Notes under the pieces: model-generated
Database searches by the model: none
Told to the model about the DNA's origin: nothing
Seen by the model: the letters and a program-made list of their open reading frames with translations, nothing else
Part shown: piece by piece, positions 14,626 to 24,080 of the stretch
Layout of the letters: the number at the start of each line of letters is the position of its first letter
Position numbering within the stretch: the first letter of the stretch is position 1
Assembly: GCF_000007145.1 (NCBI RefSeq)
Contig: NC_003902.1
Span: 4,823,426 to 4,855,425 of the forward strand
Direction of reading: 5' to 3'
DNA length: 32,000 nt
Origin: Xanthomonas campestris pv. campestris str. ATCC 33913
GTDB lineage: Bacteria; Pseudomonadota; Gammaproteobacteria; Xanthomonadales; Xanthomonadaceae
Made by a program: the position numbers and the translations under genes

Positions 14626-17600
14626 TCACCGCATGGTGTCGTGATACGCACTCAAGAACGCGCGCAATGACGCCGGTTTGACCGGTTTGGTGAGCAGGCG
14701 GTAGCCGCGTTGGCGCGCCAGTTGCTTGAGTTCATCGCGGCCGTCGGCGGTGAGCAGTGCGCCGGCGATCGGGTCCACGGCGGCGGCCTGCAAGGCGTCC
14801 AGGGTGTCCAGGCCATCGAGGCGGTCGTGCAGGTGGTAGTCCACCAGCATCACGTCCGGGCGTTCGCGGGCAAGCTCCAGCGCCTGGTCCACGGTGCTGG
14901 CAGTGATCACCTCCACCTGCCAGCGGCCGAGCAGCGCGCGCATGCCGTCCAGAATCTCGCGGTCGTTGTCCACGCACAGCACGCGCAACCCGGCCAGCGA
15001 ATCGCCGCTGGCCTGCGGGCGCACCGCCAGCACCGGCACCGGTGCGGCCGGCACCGCGTCCACGCGCGGCAGCAGGATCGAGAACATGCTGCCCTGGCCC
15101 ACCTGGCTGCGCGCGCTCAGGTCGTGATCGAGCAGGCGCGAGATGCGCTGGCAGATCGACAGGCCCAGCCCCAGCCCTTGTTCGCCCCAGTCGAATGGCT
15201 GCTGGTAGCGGCGAAATTCCTCGAAGATCTGCCGCATGTGGTGCTCGGGAATGCCCGGGCCGGTGTCCCACACCTGCAGCTCCACCTGCGCGCCGCGCCC
15301 GCGCATGCCCAGCACGATGCGGCCCTGGCGGGTGTAGCGCAGCGCATTGGCCAGAAAGTTCTGCATCACCCGGCGCAGCAGGCGGCGGTCGCTACGCACC
15401 CACAGCGCGCGGGCGTGCACCTGCAGCCGCAGCCCGCGGCTGCCCGCCACCGGTGCGTACTGCGCGGCCAGCTCGTGCATCAAGGCACTGGCATCGAAGT
15501 CTTCGACCGTGGGGCGCAAGCCGCCGGCATCCAGCCGCGAGACGTCGAGCAGGCCGTCCAGCAACTCTTCGGCTGCACGCAGCGAGGCATCCACGCGCTC
15601 GGCCAGGTGGCGCTGTTCTTCGTTGTTCTGGTGGCTCTCGCGCAATGCCGAAGCAAACAGCCGCGCGGCGTTGAGCGGCTGCAACACGTCGTGGCTGATC
15701 GCCGCCAGAAAGCGCGTCTTGGACTGCTGCGCCAGCTCGGCCTCGCGCGAGCGGTCGGCCACGCGTTGCTCCAGGTTTTCGTTGGCGTCCAGCAGCGCGC
15801 GCTCGGCGCGCTTGTAGTCGGTGATGTCGTTGTAGCTGGTGACGTAGCCGCCGCCGGGCAGCGCCTGGCCACGCATTTCGATCACCTTGCCGTCGCTGCG
15901 GGTGCGCTCGAACACGTGCGGCGAGCCGGCGCGCATGTGGCGGATACGGCGGTCGATCTGGTCTTCGATGTCGCCCTCGCCCAGCTCGCCGCGCTCGGCG
16001 TTGTAGCGGATCAGGTCCGCCACCGGGCGGCCGACGTAGAGCATGCCGTCGGGGTAGCCGAACAGCTGCTGGTAGCGGCGATTCCACGCGGTCAGGCGCA
16101 TGTCCGGGTCGACCACGCTGACCGCGGCGCTGATGTTTTCCAATGTGGTGGAAAGAATTTCGCGATTGAAGCGCAGCTCCTGGCCGGCCTCGTCGAGCAC
16201 CGCCACCACCTCGCCCAGCTCCATGCCCGAGCCACGCAACAGGCTGGTCAGCACCAGCCGCGCGGAAGCGGCGCCAATGGACGCGGCCAGCAGGCGCTCG
16301 GTGAACTGCACCCAGGCGCGGTCGGCCACTGCGGTGGGCTGCAGCTCGCGTTCCAGCAACTGCGCCTGATCCAGAAACGCACGATGCGCATGCCGCTCGC
16401 CCACCACGCGCTCGGCCAGCGCCTGCAGGTCGGCCACATGCACGTGGCCAGGCCATTCGCCGGCCACCGCCGGCCGCTGCGAATACGGGTCCAGGAACGG
16501 CGCTGCGCGCAGGCGCTCGTCCACACCGGGCCGCCAGCGCGCCGACACCACCATCATGGTGCCGGTATTGATCAGCAGCGACCAGAACGTGCCATGCGCC
16601 AGCGGGTCCCAGCCGCTCATGCCGAACAGTTGCTGCGGCTGAAGCCAGCCGATGCCGAACGGGCCATCCACCAGCCACTCCGGCTGCAGCCAGCCGGCGC
16701 GCGTGGCCGCCGGCAGCAGCAGCGTGTAGATCCAGGTCATGAAGCCCAGCACCATGCCGGTCTCCACGCCCTTGCGGCTGGCGCCGCGCCAGTACAGCCC
16801 GCCGATCACGCCCGGCGCGAACTGCGCCACCGCCGCGAACGCCATCAACCCGTAGGCGGCCAGCGTGGTGTCGTTGGCCACGCTGCGGTGGTAGCCGTAG
16901 GCGATCAACGCCAGCAACAGGATTGCCACGCGGCGGATCCACAACACCCGCGAGGCCACGGTGGCGCGCGCGTCGGCACTACTGCGCCGGCGCAGCAGCA
17001 CCGGCATCACCAGGTCGTTGCTGACCATGGTGGCCAGCGCGATGCTGGCCACGATCACCATGCCGGTGGCCGCAGAGAACCCGCCCACGTAGGCCACCAG
17101 TGCCAGCACGGTGTTGCCCTGGCTCAGCGGCAGCGCCAGCACCACCGCATCGTCCACCACCGAGCTGTCCTGGCCGAACAAGGCCACACCGGCCGAGGCG
17201 ATGGGCACCACCATCGCCGAGATGATCACCAGGTAGGCGCCGAACAACCAGCGCGCGCGGCGGATGTCGCCGACATCGCTGCATTCCACCACCGCCACAT
17301 GGAACTGCCGCGGCAGGCACACCACGGCCAGGAAGCTGAGCAAGGTCTGCGAGATGAAGCCTACCGATGGCGTGTGCTGGAACAGTGTGCGCGCCGAATC
17401 GGCGATGTGCAGCTGGTGATCACCCAGCCACAGCCAGGCGAACACGCCCACCGCCACGATCGCCACCAGCTTGATCACCGACTCCAGCGCAATCGCCAGC
17501 ATCATGCCGTGGTGATGCTCGGTGGCATCCACCTGGCGGGTGCCGAACAAGGTGGCGAACAACGCCATCAGCAACGCCACGTATAGCGCCGGATCGGCAA

Positions 17601-18069
17601 AGATGCCGCGCCCGGCGCTGCTGTGGCCGGTGAGCACTTCCAGGCTCATCGCCACCGCTTTGTACTGCAGGGCCAGGTAGGGAACGATGCCGACCAGCGC
17701 GATCACCGCCACCAGCGCCGCCAGCCGCCGCGAGCGGCCATAACGCGAGGAAATGAAGTCGGCGATGGAGACGGTGTTTTCGGCGCGCGCGATCAGCGCC
17801 AACCGTTCGATGATGCGCCAGCCAAACAGCAGCAACAGCAGCGGGCCCAGGTAGATCGGCAGGTAGCCGATGCCGTTGCGCACCGCCGAGCCCACGGCGC
17901 CGTAGAAGGTCCACGACGAGCAGTACACCGCCAACGCCAGGCTGTAGACCGCCGGCCGCAGCCACGGCCGCTCCGGGTACAGCGGGCGGTGATCGCCCCA
18001 CCACGCCACCCCGAACAGCAGCGCGGCATATCCCAGCGAGACCAGCAGCAGTATCCAGCTCGAGACCAA
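14626..18069 (-). CDS. Hybrid sensor histidine kinase with an N-terminal sodium:solute symporter (SSF/SLC5)-like domain, then PAS, HisKA, HATPase and C-terminal receiver domains (CbrA/CrbS-like architecture)
   Basis: 1147 aa. The first ~480 aa form a 12-13 helix transporter-like domain (MVSSWILLLVSLGYAALLFGVAWWGDH.., YCSSWTFYGAVG). This is followed by a PAS domain (ISAAVSVVDPDMRLTAWNRRYQQLFGYP), the H-box FLAAISHDVLQPLNA, N/G boxes (NALRYT, DTGPGIP, GLGLGLSI) and a receiver (LRVLCVDNDREIL...VMLVDYHLHD...LTKP). The track start is a TTG at 18069 with AGGAAG 4 nt upstream. There is no ATG alternative that keeps TM1. Confidence 0.85.
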   Translation of the reverse strand: MVSSWILLLVSLGYAALLFGVAWWGDHRPLYPERPWLRPAVYSLALAVYCSSWTFYGAVGSAVRNGIGYLPIYLGPLLLLLFGWRIIERLALIARAENTVSIADFISSRYGRSRRLAALVAVIALVGIVPYLALQYKAVAMSLEVLTGHSSAGRGIFADPALYVALLMALFATLFGTRQVDATEHHHGMMLAIALESVIKLVAIVAVGVFAWLWLGDHQLHIADSARTLFQHTPSVGFISQTLLSFLAVVCLPRQFHVAVVECSDVGDIRRARWLFGAYLVIISAMVVPIASAGVALFGQDSSVVDDAVVLALPLSQGNTVLALVAYVGGFSAATGMVIVASIALATMVSNDLVMPVLLRRRSSADARATVASRVLWIRRVAILLLALIAYGYHRSVANDTTLAAYGLMAFAAVAQFAPGVIGGLYWRGASRKGVETGMVLGFMTWIYTLLLPAATRAGWLQPEWLVDGPFGIGWLQPQQLFGMSGWDPLAHGTFWSLLINTGTMMVVSARWRPGVDERLRAAPFLDPYSQRPAVAGEWPGHVHVADLQALAERVVGERHAHRAFLDQAQLLERELQPTAVADRAWVQFTERLLAASIGAASARLVLTSLLRGSGMELGEVVAVLDEAGQELRFNREILSTTLENISAAVSVVDPDMRLTAWNRRYQQLFGYPDGMLYVGRPVADLIRYNAERGELGEGDIEDQIDRRIRHMRAGSPHVFERTRSDGKVIEMRGQALPGGGYVTSYNDITDYKRAERALLDANENLEQRVADRSREAELAQQSKTRFLAAISHDVLQPLNAARLFASALRESHQNNEEQRHLAERVDASLRAAEELLDGLLDVSRLDAGGLRPTVEDFDASALMHELAAQYAPVAGSRGLRLQVHARALWVRSDRRLLRRVMQNFLANALRYTRQGRIVLGMRGRGAQVELQVWDTGPGIPEHHMRQIFEEFRRYQQPFDWGEQGLGLGLSICQRISRLLDHDLSARSQVGQGSMFSILLPRVDAVPAAPVPVLAVRPQASGDSLAGLRVLCVDNDREILDGMRALLGRWQVEVITASTVDQALELARERPDVMLVDYHLHDRLDGLDTLDALQAAAVDPIAGALLTADGRDELKQLARQRGYRLLTKPVKPASLRAFLSAYHDTMR

Positions 18070-18115
18070 CGGGCTTCCTAGGCGGGAATGCGAGGGGGGA
18101 GTTTACGCAGTGGGG

Positions 18116-18178
18116 TCGGAAATCGGGAATCGGGAATCGGGAATCGGGAATCGGGAATGGGGAATGGGGAGTCGGGAA
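18116..18178. repeat. Heptanucleotide tandem repeat, 9 units of TCGGGAA (5 perfect in a row, 4 variants)
   Basis: Direct reading gives TCGGAAA, then TCGGGAA x5, then TGGGGAA, TGGGGAG, TCGGGAA. The repeat lies 47-109 bp upstream of the kinase TTG start at 18069. Confidence 0.9.
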
Positions 18179-18280
18179 TCGCAAGAGCGGCTGGCTGGGG
18201 CGCGGTGGAGGGTGTTGGCTATGGCGGTGGATGCCGGTTATCCGCGCAGGGCACTGGCCGGCGTCCGCTGGCCGGCTGTC

Positions 18281-18721
18281 GTAGGAGCGCGCTTGCGCGC
18301 GATGGGCTTCACCGGGACGCCCTTCGTGCTCCTCACCCACGCTGCGCCGTTATCCGAGCGCTTAGCGCGGGCAGCCGTATCTGCCGCTGGGCCGTAGCTA
18401 CAGCTACTAGATGAGGCGCCCTGCCGGACGTGCACGGCCTGGGGGCTAACAGCCGCGGTGAGACGGCGCTATGCGTTCGGCGTATCGGGACAGCTTCATC
18501 GCGCGCAAGCGCGCTCCTACAGGGCGTTGTGTTCGTGGCGACTGGCTGGTGGCGGCCTGCGGGGGGCATCGAGAACCGCATGTGCTGTCGTATCGAAACG
18601 CGCGTGGCCTATCCGTTGGCGTTTAACGTGACAGCGCGGCCGATGGCGCCCATCCGCACAGGAACGATCTGGCCAACGTCCGCTGCCCCGCTCCCGTAGG
18701 AGCGCGCTCGCGCGCGATGGG
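18281..18721. repeat. Scattered partial copies of the same REP family
   Basis: 18281-18336 has a left arm GTAGGAGCGCGCTTGCGCGCGATGGG plus a truncated right arm. 18494-18520 has a right arm only, CTTCATCGCGCGCAAGCGCGCTCCTAC. 18696-18721 has a left arm only, GTAGGAGCGCGCTCGCGCGCGATGGG, followed by a GCGATGGG...CCCATCGC hairpin. Confidence 0.75.
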
Positions 18722-18810
18722 CTCTACCAGCGATGGGCGTCACCAGGAACCCCATCGCGCACCTCAATCCTCAACACTGCGCCGTCAAACGCTCCACCGT
18801 CACCGGGCGC

Positions 18811-21207
18811 TTAGCCCGGCAACCGTACCTGGAGCTGGTAGGTGCGTCCGGCGACGATGCCGTGCACGCGCTGGTCCGGGCTGACCACGCCATCCACCTG
18901 CACTTCCAGCTGCGTGCGGCCCGGCTCGCGGGTCAGGGCCACCTCGAACTGCGCGCCGCGGAACTGCCGGGTCACCTGCGCCTGCGGCCAGTGCGAGGGC
19001 AGTTGCGGGCGCACCGCCAGTGCATCGCCGTCACCCACCAGCCCGAACAGGCCCTCGAGCACGCAGCGGTACACCCAGGCCACCGTGCCGGTGTTGAAGA
19101 GCTGGCTGGAACGCCCGGCGGTACGCGGATACTGGTGCCAGGCACCGCGGTAGTAATTGGGCAGCGACACCGGCAGATGGCCGCGTTGCAGCGCGTCGGC
19201 CATGTCCGGGCCCGGCAACATGGCGCGCAGGATCTCCCAGGCACGATCGGCGTCGCCGATCTGATACAGGCTGTAGAGATAGAACGCCACCGCGTGGTTG
19301 TAGACCGCACCGTTCTCCGCGGCGCCCGGCCATTTCTGGGTCAGGCGGCCCACGTCGTCGCGCATGTGCGTGTACGCCGGCGCCAGCATCACCGGCCCGT
19401 ACGGGGTATGCAGTTGCTCGCGCACCGCGGCCAGCAGTGCCGTGCGTTGTTCGGCATCGGCGGTCCCGGCCAGCAGCGCCCAGCTCTGTGGATTGAGATA
19501 GATACGGCCTTCTTCATCGTCGGCGATGCCGAAGCGCACGCCATCATCGGTGATGCCGCGCGCATACCAGTGGCCATCCCACAGCTCGCGGTTGGCGGCA
19601 GCGTTGACCTCCTCCACCGCCTGGCCGAACTGCGTTGCCTGCGCGCTGCGCCCGTTAGCGGCGCAGATCCCGGACCACAGCCGCAGCGCATAGGCCGTGG
19701 CCACGGTCAGCCAGCCGGACACCCCCACGCCGCGCCAGCCCACCATGTTCATCGGGTCGTTCCAATCGCCTTGCGCGATGAAGCTCAGCCCGCGTGCATC
19801 GCGCGCATCCAGCAGCCATTGCATCGCTGCGTCCAGCCGCGCGGCCACGCTGAGCGCCTGCCCGTCGTGCGTGCGCACCACTGCATCCAACACCGCCACA
19901 TCACCGGTTTCGGCCAGATACGCATCCAGAAAGATCGGCAGCCACACGCAGTGGTCGGTATGCGGCACCTGGTTGATGTATTTGAGCTCGGCGCCTTCCA
20001 CCAGCAGGATGCCGTCCGGCATCGCACCGCTGGGCTCCTGTTGCGACAACGCATGCAGCAACGCCGCGCGCGCGGTGGCCGGCTGCAGGTAGGCCATGCC
20101 CATGTGGTCCTGCAGATAGTTGCGCGTCTGCGGATCGGTGGTCAGGCGATTGACGTCGCCGTGATAGAACACCTGGCGCGGCAGCCAGTGATTGACCAGG
20201 TTGTCCAGCGCCGCATCGGGCGTGGCGATCTGCACGCAGCCGCGCCCGGCCTGCAGATACTGCGCATAGTCCTGCGCGGCAGCGGCGAAACCTTCGGCAG
20301 ACAGGTACCGCGCACGCAGGGCCGCAATCTCCGCATCGTCCTTGGCCGGGCCGAACGCGAAGCGATACACGGTTGCCGCATCCGGCGCCAGGCTGAGCCG
20401 GTACTGCAGCGCCGCGGCGGGGTTTTCGTAATGCGCGTCGTGGTTGCCTAGTTGCTCGGCCTGCACTGCCGACGGTGCATGCAACCCGCCCTCGCCTTCG
20501 AACGCCATTTGCTGCGCGTCCCAGGCCACTGGCGGCTGCTCATGCAGCAAGAAGGTGCAGTCCTTGAAATCGCGCTGGCGGAAGTAGTCATCCACCTTTT
20601 GATACGGCGTCACGCTGCGGCAGACGATGCCACCGAGCTCCGGCGAGTAGCCGCCGCTCTGGTGCATCCACGACATGTAGCCGATCGGGAAATACGGATA
20701 CAGGCTGAGCCGCCGCGTACGCCCGGACTGGTTGTGCACGCGGCATTCCCATAGCTCCACCGCATCGTCGGTGGGCAACGACACGCACAGCTCCACCACG
20801 ATGCCGTCGTGGCGCACCCGCCAGCGCACATCGTGCTTTCCGGCGGAAAACTCGAACGTTTCCGCCGGCGCACGCACCGGTTCATGCGGCACCGAATACA
20901 GCGCGCCGGTGTCTTCGTCCTTGAGGTAGAAGAAGCGCCCGGGATGATGCGCGTAGTACGGCTGCTCAGGCATCATGAAATTGCGCGCTTCCAGCAGCGG
21001 CGCATGCGCGTACTTGGCCGGCTCCGGCTGCATGAATTGCGCGGTGGCGTAACCGCGGCAGGTCAGCTGCACCATCATGCGGCGGTTCCACAGGAAGCCG
21101 CCGGCCGTGGGCATGGCGGTGGGGCTGTAGAGCGCATAGCGCATGCCGTCGGCGCTGGGCGCCATCAACGTGGCGAGATCGTCGGGTGCGGGGGAAGCTG
21201 CAGACAC
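18811..21207 (-). CDS. GH94 glycoside phosphorylase, likely cellobionic acid phosphorylase
   Basis: 798 aa. It has the GH94 catalytic-region motif [10 protein letters not shown] (compare RADWNDCLN in cellobiose phosphorylases), a C-terminal [33 protein letters not shown] pattern (compare LTGTAAW..V..YLLG.RP...GL.V.PQ.P), and N-terminal MRYALYSP...GFLWN. The substrate call is from context (gluconokinase and sugar-acid type transporter adjacent) and from my recollection that the X. campestris orthologue was characterised as a cellobionate phosphorylase. The start is the GTG at 21207, 2 nt after the upstream stop. Alternative starts are the two in-frame ATGs encoding MAPSADG.. and MRYALYS... Confidence 0.75.
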
Positions 21208-21209
21208 GG

Positions 21210-22592
21210 TCAGGGGTGCTCCGGTTCGTCGCGCTTGCGCGCGGCCAGTTCAAGCTGGATGCGACGTAGCAGGCCGTCGTCCAGCGGGTAAAAACGCATG
21301 GTCCAGGCGGCCAGCAAGGCCACCACGCCGGGGATCACCGTCAACAGCAGCACGATGCCCGTCAACGATGCTTGCGACTGCGCGCTGTTGGCGACATAGC
21401 CCATGCCGGCCAGCACCCAGGCGATGCCGGCCGAGGCCAGCGCGCCGCCAAGCTTTTGCGAGAACGTGGCCGCGGCAAAGGTCATCGCGGTGGCACGCCG
21501 CCCGGTGCTCCATTCGGTGTAGTCGGCGCTGTCGGCATACATCGAGAACGCCAATGGCGATTTCGGCCCCAGCGCCACGCCGATCAGCATGTTCAAGGCG
21601 AAGATCGCCCACACCATGTCGGCGGGGATGAAGAACATCAGGCAGCTGAGCAGGCCCACGACGGCCATCAGCGCAGTCATCAGCGTTCGCTTGTCCCAGT
21701 GACGCGTCAGCAGCGGCGTGATTGCCGCACCCACCGCCAGCGACACCGAATAGCCACCCAGAAACAACCCGGTGAGCTCCGGGCGCTGCACGTAATACTT
21801 GAGGTAGTACACGCCGGCACCGCCGCGCATCACGATGGTGATCATGATGATCAACGACAGCACGAACAGCACGCACCACGGGCGGTTGTGCAGCAGGTCG
21901 GCGATGTCCTGGCGGATCGGTGAGCGCTGCTGCGGCGGTGGCTGCACACGTTCGCGCGTGGTCAGCGCCACGGTGACGAACAACGCCACCGCCACCGCGC
22001 CATACAGCATCATCGTGCGTTGCCAGCCCAGCGCATCGTTGCCGCCGCCGAACCACTTCACCAGATCCATCGTGCAGTAATTGACCAGCGTGGTGCCGGC
22101 AAAGGCGGCGATGAAGCGCAGGCTGATCAGACTGGTGCGCTGGTTGCTGTCGGCGGTGATCACGCCCGACAACGCCGAGTACGGAATGCTCACCACCGTG
22201 TAGGCCAGCATCATCACCAGGAAACTGATCGTGGCCCACCACATGCGCCCGTTCTGATCCAGCGCCGGCGTGGTGTAGGCGAGCACGCCGGTCACCGCCA
22301 TCGGGACGGCGCCCCACAACAGATACGGGCGGAACTTGCCCCAGCGGCTGCGCGTGCGGTCGGCCAGCGCGCCCATCGCCGGGTCGGCGATCGCATCGGC
22401 GATCTTGGTGAGCAGGATCATCGTGCCCACGGCCGCGGCCGGTAGGTGCATGGTGTCGGTGTAGAAGATCAGCAGGAACGCGGAAATGTTGGCCCAGTAC
22501 AGATTCAGGCCCAGATCGCCGGCACCGTAACCGAGTTTTTCGCGCAGGCGCAGTGGCGCCAACGGCGGAGGCGTTGCAGGCGATGACGTCAT
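21210..22592 (-). CDS. Glycoside-pentoside-hexuronide (GPH)/MFS-type sugar:cation symporter
   Basis: Internal ATG at 22592 of track ORF 21210..22661. The protein starts [33 protein letters not shown] (GPH-family N-terminal signature) and has 12 hydrophobic segments. It is presumably co-transcribed with the GH94 gene. Confidence 0.8.
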   Translation of the reverse strand: MTSSPATPPPLAPLRLREKLGYGAGDLGLNLYWANISAFLLIFYTDTMHLPAAAVGTMILLTKIADAIADPAMGALADRTRSRWGKFRPYLLWGAVPMAVTGVLAYTTPALDQNGRMWWATISFLVMMLAYTVVSIPYSALSGVITADSNQRTSLISLRFIAAFAGTTLVNYCTMDLVKWFGGGNDALGWQRTMMLYGAVAVALFVTVALTTRERVQPPPQQRSPIRQDIADLLHNRPWCVLFVLSLIIMITIVMRGGAGVYYLKYYVQRPELTGLFLGGYSVSLAVGAAITPLLTRHWDKRTLMTALMAVVGLLSCLMFFIPADMVWAIFALNMLIGVALGPKSPLAFSMYADSADYTEWSTGRRATAMTFAAATFSQKLGGALASAGIAWVLAGMGYVANSAQSQASLTGIVLLLTVIPGVVALLAAWTMRFYPLDDGLLRRIQLELAARKRDEPEHP

Positions 22593-22750
22593 CGACAGAC
22601 CTTCGGATGCGTTGAACCCGGCGGAGCGCACCGTTACGCTGCTGGACCGCTCACCTGGCAAGGAGCGCCGACGCTACACCACGCATCGGCCTGCCGCCAA
22701 CGTGAAATCCGGCAACATGCCGAATCGATCCGGAGATATAACCTGACGTG

Positions 22751-23290
22751 ATGGAGACTGCAGCAGCTGCCACGCCCGCGTCCGCTTCGCCCCTGGCCAT
22801 CGTGGTGATGGGCGTTTCGGGCAGCGGCAAGACCACCATTGCGCAGGCCCTGGCCACGCACTACGGCTTCCGTTTTCTCGATGCCGACGACTATCACAGC
22901 GTGGCCGCGCGCGCGCAGATGGCATCCGGGCAACCGCTCACCGATGCGATGCGGCTGCCCTGGGTAGAGCTGCTGTCGGCGACCTTGCGCGACTGTGTGC
23001 AGAGCGGTGAATCGGTGGTGCTGGCGTTCTCCGGATTGCGCGGCACGCACCGCCAATTGCTGCGCCGCAGCGGGGTTCCGATGCGCTTTGTGTTCCTGCA
23101 TGCCGCGCCGCACGTGATCGCCGCACGCCTGAGCGCACGCGCGGGCCATTTCATGCCGCCGAGCCTGCTCGACAGCCAGCTGCAGACGCTGGAACTGCCG
23201 CTGGACGAAGCCGACGTGGTATCGGTGGACGTGGATGCCACCGTGCCGGAGGTGGTGCAGGACGCGATCGCGCAGCTGGCATTGGAGTAG
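22751..23290 (+). CDS. gntK: Gluconokinase (GntK/IdnK family, P-loop kinase)
   Basis: IVVMGVSGSGKTTIAQALA..GFRFLDADDYH...MASGQPLTD..RLPW is the canonical gluconate kinase N-terminus. The start is ATG 22751 or the adjacent GTG 22748. It is divergent from the GPH-GH94 operon. Confidence 0.85.
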   Translation: METAAAATPASASPLAIVVMGVSGSGKTTIAQALATHYGFRFLDADDYHSVAARAQMASGQPLTDAMRLPWVELLSATLRDCVQSGESVVLAFSGLRGTHRQLLRRSGVPMRFVFLHAAPHVIAARLSARAGHFMPPSLLDSQLQTLELPLDEADVVSVDVDATVPEVVQDAIAQLALE

Positions 23291-24080
23291 CGCAACGCGT
23301 TGCAGTGGCAGTGGGATCGATGGGTCGCATGTGTGGGCGGCGTGCGTGCGATAACGCCGCTGCAACGCCAACTCAGGTGCGGTGACGGCGTGATGTGTGG
23401 CAGCGCGTGGGGTCCGCCGCACAGCATGTAGCTTCAACTTGCGGATGCGATAGAAATTGCTGCCGCAGAACGCGCTGCTGACGCTGCGGCGCACGGCACG
23501 TTGCAGCAAACGGCACCATCGCGTTCGCATTCGGCGACGATGCGCAGCTGGCTGCTTCCGCGACATCCAACTCAGTGCGCCCTCGCATATCCGCGGGCAC
23601 GCGCCAATACGTAATCGGTGCATGCATCGAACCCCACCGTGACCCGCGCGCGCGTAGACACGCAGCATGCTGCGCCGCTACAGGATTGAACGCATCGCGC
23701 CGCTTGAAGCGCGGCGTATTGGTAGTCTGCAGATGCCGCGATGCAGGGCAGCTCACGCGAGTGCCAGGCGTCACACAGGATGCGCAACGTGGCCAGGTTA
23801 CTTTCAGTAGACCGCTGTTTTACAGGGGTTTGCGTGATCGTCCGATTGAATCATTTTGTCTATCACAGCCCGCGCAGATCGTGATGCATCATCAGTATTT
23901 GTGCGAATAACGAACGCGCTGAACAGAATTTTTCCAAGCTGGTACTACCAGACACAACCAGACCCGACCGCGACATGAACACGGCGCCACCGATGGGTTG
24001 CACGGTCATCGCAATCGGCGATCTTCACCACGCAGATCCGGGGGGATTCAGCGCTTTCCTTCACCAATGGACACGCCGTG

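Noticed and set aside
14710-17586. 958-aa + strand ORF (and nested ORFs such as 15392..16942-) overlapping the kinase gene
   Set aside because: It is antisense or out of frame relative to a gene with clear domain-by-domain homology (SSF, PAS, HisKA, HATPase, REC). Its composition is dominated by Arg/Ala/Gly/His/Gln with no motifs. This is the typical high-GC shadow ORF.
18733-20451. 572-aa + strand ORF opposite the GH94 phosphorylase
   Set aside because: A shadow ORF of a recognisable gene on the other strand, with low-complexity Arg/His/Gly/Ala-rich translation.
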